IMG/VR virus record: IMGVR_UViG_3300025620_000004
Coordinates: 8,865 to 72,864 of that record
DNA: 64,000 nucleotides
DNA from: a virus
Direction: 5' to 3' (one strand)
The translations under genes were made by a program, and so were the position numbers. This document shows positions 22,301 to 29,800 of the stretch, in pieces (positions within the stretch are counted from its first letter, which is position 1; each line of letters starts with the position of its first letter). Below the pieces are notes generated by a model, which was not told the DNA's origin, made no database searches, and saw only the letters and a list, made by a program, of their open reading frames with translations.

Positions 22301-23871
22301 TGACTACAGACGCTCCTCCTCCTTTTGGTGTAGAAAAGAACGGTAATGTAACTATGCGGTCTTATCAGCTTACTGATACTGCAGGCGCTATTGTATTTGA
22401 CTCAGAAAACTTATTAGGTGGACCCGTACTAGCTCAGATTCAGAACTTGGTAGGGAATTTTACAGATAGTGTTACTACCTCTATTCACGCTTCCGGTCAT
22501 ATCAAAGTAGAACTAGGGGCTGCTCAAAACGTACAAATTGGTTATGAAGTACCTCTAGGAAATCCCTATGTGAGTGACGTATCTACAAGTGTAGCTGACG
22601 TTATGAATGCGTTACCTTCAGCCATTAAAGTAAATGTTGAGTACTCTACTAATAATGGAGCATCTTGGAGTTTATTTGGTGCTCAAACTTTTAGTAGACT
22701 ATCTAGTACAGACGCCAATGCTACTACAAGCGCCTCTCAGTATCTTGTTCATGGAGATTCTTATGATGCTCGCTCGGGCGGTACCAGATACGTAGCACAT
22801 ATTGTTAGTAATAAAGGAGCAGTATCTGCAACAGGCGGCTTAAAAGGCACTATAACAGGTTCAGGAAATTTATCAGCAGGTACTTACTTATTTAGAATAG
22901 ATGATACTTCAGGTACTTCCGGTAATTCAGGAATTGTATGGACTGCCGGGTCTTATACTGGCTATGGCTATACCTTCCATAAGTATGGTAGCGGCTCCTC
23001 GAACGACCCTGCTCAGGCTTTTGCAAAAAATGCAGATAGAGTGTACATTGTAGGTTCTAGTTCTTCGACAGGAGGTACAGCAGGTGCTGGTTATACTATT
23101 AATACAAATACTAGTCCACCTCACGTTAAAGATTCTACTTTTAATATAGAGTATATGCCTATTACAGGAGGTACTTTTACAGGTGCGCTTAACTGGGGAA
23201 CAGACACTGCCAGCATAAACTATGGTAACTACGGTACGGGTACTGATGTTTTTAGCGTGAATCTAGGTAGCAACTCTAACGGGATAGTATTTGGACTGAA
23301 TGGTAATGCCTTGCAATTGCAGGACAATCTTAGTGCACATCATTCATTTGATAATAATGGAGACATTAGGTTCACAGGAGACTTAAAACAGCTCGACGAT
23401 GGAGATACTAAGATATCTTTCACCAACGACAAAATAAGTTTTCTAGCCGGTAATGCTACAATGATGGAGTTAGTTGAAGTAAGCACAGGATATGATTACG
23501 TTAGACTAGGAAATACTGGTGATGGCAATGATACCATTACGTTTAATCTATCAGCAGGCTCAGGTGTCTTTACAGGAAATGTAACAGCTTACTCAGATAT
23601 AAGTCTTAAAGAAAATATAGAAGTTATTGATAATGCCGTAGATAAAGTCAGTAAACTAAGAGGTGTTACTTTTGACCGAATCGATAAAGAAGCCATTCCC
23701 AGACAAACGGGACTTATCGCTCAAGAACTAGAAAAAGTGTTGCCTGAAGCTGTGGAAACTAATGAGCTATCAGGTATAAAGTCGGTAGCTTATGGCAATG
23801 TCGTAGGTCTTTTAGTAGAAGCAATTAAAGAACTCAAAGAAGAAATCGAAGAGTTAAAAAGGAGTAAATAA
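16351..23871 (+). CDS. Central tail tip/fibre (lambda gpJ-like) with C-terminal S74 intramolecular chaperone
   Basis: DVISEGPI.G, NNPAWIYYD.LTN.RYGLG, FGCTSEGQA.R.GKW; C-term YSDISLKENI...LRGVTF...GLIAQEL..V.PEAV...V.Y..VVGLLVEAIKEL. Confidence 0.92.
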   Translation: MRHGGNGGGGAGTGNSGNSNPGGTGTSSNNAATISTSASDAQLVSITDVISEGPILGLVDGSASVFLNNDRIHEVSAAGQRVSHGPMTITLTNGSTSATINNATSTTPLTANASLGAQLLIRGGNLTETSVTSSYDTRHKVSLSTSSSTFTQTMVTAVGQRARPDSLVPGRIKPTGSSTTPDGLPIEGFIWRRVSGTEALWRSGAFGDYNDFRLDDATYKLELDKIVNINAGGINGSSITLASAWDGISGTYSWDKISVVNMDISEVGSRASQRVQGGTVNFRPGTLNQTPMRSGGETAISRTIGEQMEVGTARFLVGSGNCGLTEAQLLEVDKLRWRITYPAGFKAISGKGNDKTTYIRYRISIAIKEEGDSDFGGFTIIRNPLTHSGNYTNSKTFESDLNLERFRPFTDFKLKLERLDTDDDPGFKSVGQTYKDWTNVTAGSLTGVTSILNEKLNHPYTAMADVSFSTKQYQGIPQRTYDLYGKMVRVPSNYVTREEATNGVASYNRNTSTGVITSNYQDWDGDFRDELVYSNNPAWIYYDILTNNRYGLGSFIKEVDIDKYALYRVARYCDGLVPDGKGGLEPRFTLNTYLTKGANSYKVLKDLATNFLGLLYYLDGQLYTSLDAPAAPVYTFNKTNVIDGTFSYESSSEKTRSNQIIVNWNDPTKDYKMEPLIVEDERNIVNTGRIISETAVAFGCTSEGQATRYGKWKLWTAANQKEIATFSASLEGAFVAPGDIINIQDADRYAVRLGGRVSNTGTLSTTTIPLDSTVLLNSGSTYTLSLVYPKPAAFTREAVTISGVSYEAGDLIHQAYVDGSLTVIDTKEKSVNAKVSASSGAEPLTLDFNANLRTETKDITSSQIGSSVTSITVTSAFTEAPTRESLWVLQETKTGLQVKGSKKEYKVLSISENSGNVYDITCIEHYDSKWTSVEEDFTTYIQGDLEPSLLSTDVVPPVENLIARSHGRDNGTAHETLLVSWDPPGAGQAYVRNSTGGRHNQTVSQEYEYLLGYIVEHNLPEYENPMRVGRDTTELLFSDLVPDDYTITVRTVNAIDNVSEAISVQTTITDRFQDAIPRFPLGLPYGGTSNVAIKTINSTSGDSDYGLFELAKSVYIFSPEQTNGFGINQTSTAASTYQQDVSGIAETAAVASSESGTFIDRHYYVSLNSAVATDNLTLLKYNKTPNHRVPYWYDAGNGSNTTGLTNLTGTISVSGSTVTGSGTSFTSELVVGALLQTTSTAAAIVTSVVSDTAVYIDRILPDGSGITAQTNNHRFDFDNETIIAKVYATDNGAANKVFSMEPYMSLDANVQAQQGVTRTLYYRATNNGAAGTINTTTGTFDDPATGAATGWQLANPGLQANGDIIYAITRIFTNDGLAPQEASWSTASIVARRQDGAAGNAAKVVSLRASKSVIEYAADGTTGSGQTITLTAESKNFDDGYFRFTADDGSFTTIDWVDGTTANTKTATYSIPTSYNADPITFTVQVKEGSSGSEEARDVLTIPSIKPGVDAIDALTVVMTNEAHAIPRASATATPDFTGSGNTIRVFEGTTELDHDNTGTAASHYKVVTTGSTNCTPGNLTGEGSNVLSATFDQITGITGNTALVKYTITGKRADGTAFSLVRFQSLTRTTDGAPGNPAVDEKTVIVYKKFAAGVSAPTAITFTSGNNATDQTHSNPTNELDGWTIAYPSISVEGDRVYSGQRTFTLTGGDSSWTFNGLVAEIKTGPRTATIQLHYSAAVTDGSTPAKPTTSNTHTFNFAASTFGTIKTGWQHGAPTYASGNSNKYYYSFATITESSFGGSQTITFGNTTQAIGFSGLVTFTSAGVLEDDQYSITPLTTHQDVSSFMEAADVADHIGGANTSTIDGGKINAGSSVTVGTSGTNRAGLSGVGTAETDIRVFSGAAFANRATAPFRVTQAGEFRSSTGIIGGFTFGDDAMTTSQDTILRLGSDLGNNIDQSVTLSSRSEDDYVIYAGHAPTDDDPVTTDAPPPFGVEKNGNVTMRSYQLTDTAGAIVFDSENLLGGPVLAQIQNLVGNFTDSVTTSIHASGHIKVELGAAQNVQIGYEVPLGNPYVSDVSTSVADVMNALPSAIKVNVEYSTNNGASWSLFGAQTFSRLSSTDANATTSASQYLVHGDSYDARSGGTRYVAHIVSNKGAVSATGGLKGTITGSGNLSAGTYLFRIDDTSGTSGNSGIVWTAGSYTGYGYTFHKYGSGSSNDPAQAFAKNADRVYIVGSSSSTGGTAGAGYTINTNTSPPHVKDSTFNIEYMPITGGTFTGALNWGTDTASINYGNYGTGTDVFSVNLGSNSNGIVFGLNGNALQLQDNLSAHHSFDNNGDIRFTGDLKQLDDGDTKISFTNDKISFLAGNATMMELVEVSTGYDYVRLGNTGDGNDTITFNLSAGSGVFTGNVTAYSDISLKENIEVIDNAVDKVSKLRGVTFDRIDKEAIPRQTGLIAQELEKVLPEAVETNELSGIKSVAYGNVVGLLVEAIKELKEEIEELKRSK

Positions 23872-24485
23872 TGGCACTACCAGCGGCAGGGAATAGTCTA
23901 TCTTTAAATCAAATTCATATAGAGGCAGGAGGTACTTCTGGTACCACTTGCTCTTTAAATGATAGCGACATTAGAGGGCTAACACCCGGGTCAGGTTATA
24001 CTATCCCTACAGGAGATCAAACTGCTATTGATATTGGTGATTTTTTCGAGGCATCTTCAACTAATCCTAATATACATACTTTAACAGCAGGTTTCCAACA
24101 AACTACATTTAGCTCCAGGTCGGGAGGCTCTTCTACATATACAAACTACTACGGATATATGCCTTTTTATGGCAGCCCGACTTCGCAGAACGGTACTTTA
24201 AGTCCTACTACTTTTGCTCTGAAAAGCGGAGCGACTATTTTAGGAATCTACAAAAACACTAGCACCGCCAGCACGAGCCTTAATAATAAGTTATTTTTAA
24301 GAGTAAATGGTGCACAAGCAAATAGTGGATGGACTTCTATGAATATTGTTCAGGGTTCTTTAAATCTGACTTTTTATAGGACTTCTGCCACCCATGTGTC
24401 TGGTGCTAGTTACTCATATTGGCAGTGGTCTACTACCGCCTCCCTATTCCCCAACGGAACAAGTTCGACAATTACTTTTGCATAG
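23871..24485 (+). CDS. Putative fibre-tip adhesin/receptor-binding protein
   Basis: MALP..G..LSL..I..E.G...SLND..IR.L...I.I.DF N-terminus typical of proteins following S74-chaperone fibres; aromatic-rich beta C-terminus. Confidence 0.6.
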   Translation: MALPAAGNSLSLNQIHIEAGGTSGTTCSLNDSDIRGLTPGSGYTIPTGDQTAIDIGDFFEASSTNPNIHTLTAGFQQTTFSSRSGGSSTYTNYYGYMPFYGSPTSQNGTLSPTTFALKSGATILGIYKNTSTASTSLNNKLFLRVNGAQANSGWTSMNIVQGSLNLTFYRTSATHVSGASYSYWQWSTTASLFPNGTSSTITFA

Positions 24486-24494
24486 GAAAATATA

Positions 24495-24734
24495 ATGATT
24501 GAATATACAACAAGAACAGAAGATTCTGTAGTCTTTGCTTGCTTCACACATGAAGGGTTAAACTTAGAAGTACCTATAACCGATATAGAAGAGGAGCAGG
24601 TACAAGCTTTTTTAGCTTTTACATTAGATGATATAAAGAATACTCTAGCACAAGACGAGTTTTTAGAAGATGAAGAAAATCAAGAAAAAGGATTTTGGTG
24701 GAATGACTACGAAAATAGAGTAGACTGGGAATAA
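24495..24734 (+). CDS. Hypothetical acidic protein (possible fibre chaperone)
   Basis: 79 aa, RBS AGGA, directly after adhesin. Confidence 0.5.
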   Translation: MIEYTTRTEDSVVFACFTHEGLNLEVPITDIEEEQVQAFLAFTLDDIKNTLAQDEFLEDEENQEKGFWWNDYENRVDWE

Positions 24735-24752
24735 CCATGAAAAAAATAATTC

Positions 24753-24781
24753 TTGACATAACACCCCAAGTTAGCTATAAT
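24753..24781 (+). promoter_or_regulatory. Sigma70-type promoter of the fibre/glycosyltransferase operon
   Basis: aaaaataattcTTGACA-17bp-TATAAT. Confidence 0.85.
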
Positions 24782-24801
24782 TCTGTAATGGAGGAAATCA
24801 A

Positions 24802-25140
24802 ATGAGTGCAGCCCGCTACAACCTAGTTATTGACCAAGGTTCCGACTTTGCCATTAACTTTACTGTTAAAGACAACGGATCAGTTAAAAACCTGACAGGC
24901 TATTCTGCGCGTGCTCAAATGAGAACTTCAAAGACAGCTTCCTCAGTTGCGGCTACTTTTAATTGCGCTATTAATACTCCAGCAAACGGAACAATTACAA
25001 TGTCTTTAGCAAATTCAGTGAGCAGCCCGTTAACCGCAGGTACTTACGTTTATGATTTAGAAATCTTCACCGCTAACAATGCCAGTGTAACTAGATTAAT
25101 TCAAGGGTCTGTAGACCTCACTCAAGAGGTTACCCGATAA
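24802..25140 (+). CDS. Virion collar/baseplate adaptor (BppU/p132-like)
   Basis: YNL.IDQG.DF...NLTGYSARAQMR...G.YVYDLE.....TRLIQG motif. Confidence 0.7.
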   Translation: MSAARYNLVIDQGSDFAINFTVKDNGSVKNLTGYSARAQMRTSKTASSVAATFNCAINTPANGTITMSLANSVSSPLTAGTYVYDLEIFTANNASVTRLIQGSVDLTQEVTR

Positions 25141-25505
25141 TGGCAATTACAATTACCGCAACGCCTATACAGAACGGCATCGAAGTTACGGGTGGAAGTA
25201 CAACTATTACCGCAGCAGGAGTAGCTATTGCAAATACTAATGCAACAGCAATGGGTATTTCCAGTGTATCAGGTTTAAGTGCTACAAACGTGCAGACTGC
25301 TATTGAAGAACTTGCAGGTTCTACGTTCCAACAAGACAACACACCAACGGGGTCTCAAGTCAATGAAGGGGACACATGGTACGATACAGATGATAATCAA
25401 TATAAAATATATCGCGAGACAAGCACCGGAGTATATCAGTGGGTACCTATAATGGTAGGTTCAGCCTCTGGAGATTCTGATACACTTGACGCAGGAGCCT
25501 TTTAA
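25140..25505 (+). CDS. Small fibre adaptor protein
   Basis: ATNVQ.AIEEL trimer motif, P....EGDTWYDT, C-terminal LDAGAF. Confidence 0.6.
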   Translation: MAITITATPIQNGIEVTGGSTTITAAGVAIANTNATAMGISSVSGLSATNVQTAIEELAGSTFQQDNTPTGSQVNEGDTWYDTDDNQYKIYRETSTGVYQWVPIMVGSASGDSDTLDAGAF

Positions 25506-25526
25506 GGCTAATCCCGGAGATCCTAA

Positions 25527-26555
25527 ATGGCTCAAACAATTCAAATCAAGCGTAGTACTAGTACTACAACCCCCTCAAGCCTTACTGCAGGTGAATTAGC
25601 ATATTCAGGTAAGTCAGACAGTAATAAACTATTTATCGGACACCCCGACGGCACTACAGGTGTTGTTGCTATTGGTGGTCAATATTACACAGGCATTATT
25701 GATGGTGCCGCAAGTGCGAACACTGCAAGTAAATTAGTACTGCGAGACGGTTCAGGAAACTTCAGTGCTGGTACAATTACAGCTACTTTAACAGGTGATG
25801 TTACTGGTAACGCAGATACTGCCACAGCTCTTGCTTCAGGCAGAACGATTGCAATCACAGGGGACTTAGCGTATACTTCTCCTAGCTTTACAGGTGCTGG
25901 CAATGTTACCGCAGCAGGTACTCTTGCAACAGTAAACTCAGACGTAGGATCTTATGGTACTGCAACGGCAATTCCTGCAATCACTGTAAATGCAAAAGGT
26001 CTTGTTACAGCGGTTAGTACTAATAGTATTTCTTCTAGTTTTACTCTAGCGGCAGACAGCGGCACCAACGATACTTTCAATAATGGTGAAACTTTAACAC
26101 TTACAGGCGGAACAGGTGTTGCCACAACTGTTAGTAACAATGCGGTTTCTTTTGCAATCGGACAGGCAGTTGCTACCACCTCTAATGTAACATTCAATAA
26201 TGTTCAGGTAGACGGTACTCTAACTTCTGATGACATTACTTCTACAAATATCTCGGTTGCTGGTAATGCTACAATTACGGGTAATCTTACAGTTGAAGGT
26301 ACTACAACTACTGTTGATTCTACTACTGTTGCCATTGGTGATAACATCATGGTTCTTAACAAAGACGAAACAGGTACTCCTTCTGCAAATGCTGGTATCG
26401 AAGTTGAACGAGGAACTGCGACAAATGTATCGCTTCTTTGGAACGAAGGCAACGATAACTGGACTGTGAGCAATGGAAGTGCAACTTCCGTAATATTAAC
26501 TGCCGCAAACTTTGGAAGCACTTATACAGGTGCAATTGACGGCGGTACATTCTAA
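25527..26555 (+). CDS. Tail/side fibre protein
   Basis: MAQTIQIKRS...P..L..GELAY N-terminus (Mtd_N-like), G/T/N-rich shaft repeats, C-terminal IDGGTF. Confidence 0.75.
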   Translation: MAQTIQIKRSTSTTTPSSLTAGELAYSGKSDSNKLFIGHPDGTTGVVAIGGQYYTGIIDGAASANTASKLVLRDGSGNFSAGTITATLTGDVTGNADTATALASGRTIAITGDLAYTSPSFTGAGNVTAAGTLATVNSDVGSYGTATAIPAITVNAKGLVTAVSTNSISSSFTLAADSGTNDTFNNGETLTLTGGTGVATTVSNNAVSFAIGQAVATTSNVTFNNVQVDGTLTSDDITSTNISVAGNATITGNLTVEGTTTTVDSTTVAIGDNIMVLNKDETGTPSANAGIEVERGTATNVSLLWNEGNDNWTVSNGSATSVILTAANFGSTYTGAIDGGTF

Positions 26556-26603
26556 AATAAATTTTAATCTCTAGCGTATATACGCAAGTTATAGGAGAGC
26601 CAC

Positions 26604-26834
26604 ATGGCACAAACGATCAAATTAAAGCGCTCGTCTACGGCGGGCTCTATTCCTACTCATTCACAACTAGAGTTAGGCGAAGTTGCTATCAATACTGCGG
26701 ACGGTCGTATGTATATGAAAGACGGAGCTAACGCCATTGTCTGGGTAAATAAAACTTCTGAAATTACAGGAACCACTCCGCAAGCATCGGACGGAACAAA
26801 TAAGCCCGTAGGGTATGTTTGGTATGTAGTCTAA
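26604..26834 (+). CDS. Short fibre adaptor paralogous to N-terminus of 25527 protein
   Basis: MAQTIKLKRS...P....LELGEVAINT.DG; C-terminal GYVWYVV. Confidence 0.65.
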   Translation: MAQTIKLKRSSTAGSIPTHSQLELGEVAINTADGRMYMKDGANAIVWVNKTSEITGTTPQASDGTNKPVGYVWYVV

Positions 26835-26835
26835 G

Positions 26836-29800
26836 ATGACTATTAAGGTTTGGAATGGTTCCGCAGTACAAGAACCAGAGCAAATAGTAGTTAAAGCTGC
26901 AGCGGGAACGTTGCGGTTTGTAAACTATGTCGTACAGAAAGTTACAGATGGAAGTCTGAATACTGTATGGAATGCTATTTACAATACAAGCCGATCTACC
27001 GATACCTCTAGAAGCTCTACAACTACTTTTACGACTACCTTTGACACTAGTGCAAGTACCAATATTAATACTACTACGGGATTTGATACAATCAGAGGTA
27101 CTACCAGAAGCACAAGTAGCACGTTTACTACTGCGTATGATACTTCTGCTGTTACTTCCAAGTCTACTACTACCGCTTACAGTACCACATTCGGTACAAC
27201 TGCAAGTACAACCACTACTTATGTGAGTAACTTCGATACAACTCGTGGTACTACAGTAAATACCACTACCTCTTTCAATACTACTTTTGCTACATCGAAA
27301 GATACTACTACTGCGTTTACCACTACTTTTGACACTGCTACTAGTGTGGCTACTACTACTGCGTTTACAACAACGTTTGAGACTACTCGCGCCACTGCGG
27401 TAGATACCACCACTACATTTACTACGACTTTCGCAACTAGTAAAACAACTAATACAGTATTTACTACTACGTTTAATACTACTACTACTCGTACTACCAC
27501 TACTGCGTATACGACTACTTTCAACACGAGTAAAACTACTCTACGAAATACCACGACCACGTACACTACTAGCTTTAATACTACAAAAAGCACTGTTACT
27601 ACGTTCAATACTGAATTTGCTACAGGTACGAGCAGAGCTACCACAACCACGTATACTACTACGTTTAACACTACTAGATCTACCACGATAGATACTACTA
27701 CTGCTTATACTACGACTTTTAATACTACTCGATCTACAACGATAGATACGACTACTACGTTTAATACTACGACTACTCGTAGTACTACGACTACGTATAC
27801 AACTAATTTTAATACTTCAAGAGGTACTTCTAAGTCTACTACTGTAAACACTACTACGACTTTTGATACTTCTCGAAGCACTTCTAAATCTACAACTACT
27901 GTATTCAATACTCAGACTTCAAGAGGTACAGATAGAGCAACCACTACGACCTTTAATACTTCTCGAAGCACAAGCAGGGGCACCAGTAAGTCTACCACTA
28001 CTACATTCCTAACAGGAACCTCACGTAGTACAACAACAGCTTTTGTTACTCAAACAAGTAAGTCAACCTCCAGAGCAACAACGTCTGTATACGATACTAG
28101 TAGAGGTACTTCCCGAGTTACTAGTAAAGCCACTACTACTGCTTTTGCTACGGGTACAAGCCGAAGCACTACTACAGCATATGCTACGTCGAGAGGCACA
28201 AGTCGTGCTACCAGTAGAGGTACTACTACAGTATTCGGAACAACTACAAGCCGAGGAACAACGACAGCCTTTAACACGACGACTACTTTTACTACAACTC
28301 GTGCCTCCAACACTGTATATGCCACAAGCAGAACTACCGGTACTTCGAGAAGCACAACAACAGCTTTTGCTACCGCTACAAGTCGAAGCACTGGAGAAAG
28401 TAGAAGCACAACTACTACGTTTAATACAAGTAGAGGTACAACTTTTGGTACCACTACTGTATTTGTTACAGCTACTTCAAGAGGTACTGGCGAAAGTAGG
28501 GGTACTACTACGAGTCGAGGAACGGCTACGAGTCGTACAACATCTTTCAATACCACTACTTCTTTTGGTACTACGACTGCGTATACTACTACAAGTTCAT
28601 TTACTACAACTTTTGCTACCACGACTGCATACACAACTACAACTGCATTTACCACAACTTTTAGTACCACGACTGCGTATACAACTACAACCTCGTTTAC
28701 GACTGCATTCGGCACTACTACAGCGTACACAACTACTACTTCGTATACAACTACTACTACATTTGGTACTACTACTGCATATACTACATACTATACAGCT
28801 AGTACGAGCAGAGGTACTACTACGTCTCGTGGTACGTCTCGTGGTACGTCTCGTGGTACAAGCCGAAGCACTACTACTGCCTTTGTGGGGCAGACTGCCT
28901 ATGCTAGTTTAGTAGTACGAACTACTACGTTTACTACGTATTATAATACCGCGTATACTACATACTACTATTCTCGTAGCCATACAAGCAGGGGTACTTT
29001 AAGAGCAACCAGTAGAAGCACAAGTAGAACTACCACATTCTATCAAGATGTAAGACATGATACGGCAAAAAGTCGAGGAACAACCACTGCTTTCACTACT
29101 AGTTATACTACCTACTGGAGTACAACTTTTGGTACTACCACTACTTTCGGTACTGCGAAAAGTCGCGCAACAAGCCGTAGTACTGCTACAAGTAGAGGTA
29201 CAGGAGAATCTCGAGGAACAGGGGAGTCCAGGAGCACTACTACTTCTCGCGGTACAAATAGAGCAACAGCAGAATCTAGAGGCACTGCTACAAGCAGAGG
29301 CACTTCTAGAGCAACAGCAGAATCCAGAAGTACTGCTACAAGCAGAGGCACTTCTAGAGGTACAGGAGAGTCCAGAAGCACTACTACAAGCAGGGCAACA
29401 GGAACTAGTCGTACAACTACATTTACTACAACTACTTCTTTCGGTACAACCACAGCGTATACAACAACTACTACGTTTGGCACTGCCACAAGTAGAGGTA
29501 CTACTACGAGTCGTACTACTACGTTCGGAACCAATAGAAGTACAACTACAGCGTATACAACAACTACTACGTTTAATACAATTACCAGTAAAGCTACTAC
29601 TACTGCTTTTGGTACGACTACTACTTTTGACACAAGTAAGAGTACTACCACAACCTATAACACAAATAGGGCAACAGGAACGAGTCGAGGTACTACTACT
29701 GCTTTTGTTACAGCAACGAGTAAAAGTACAACCACAGCGTATACTACATCTTTTACTACTACTTTCGGTACTAGTAAAAGCACTACTACTTCGTTTAATA

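Noticed and set aside
26574-26585. 12-bp palindrome GCGTATATACGC before the 26604 gene
   Set aside because: Single occurrence noticed and no U tract; cannot be distinguished from chance.
23871-26834. Diversity-generating retroelement acting on fibre genes (Mtd-like N-termini)
   Set aside because: No reverse transcriptase and no adenine-mismatched template/variable repeat pair seen in the window.
28817-28865. Short tandem ACGTCTCGTGGT repeats as a CRISPR or regulatory array
   Set aside because: 12-nt in-frame coding repeats (TSRG) with no spacers and no cas genes.
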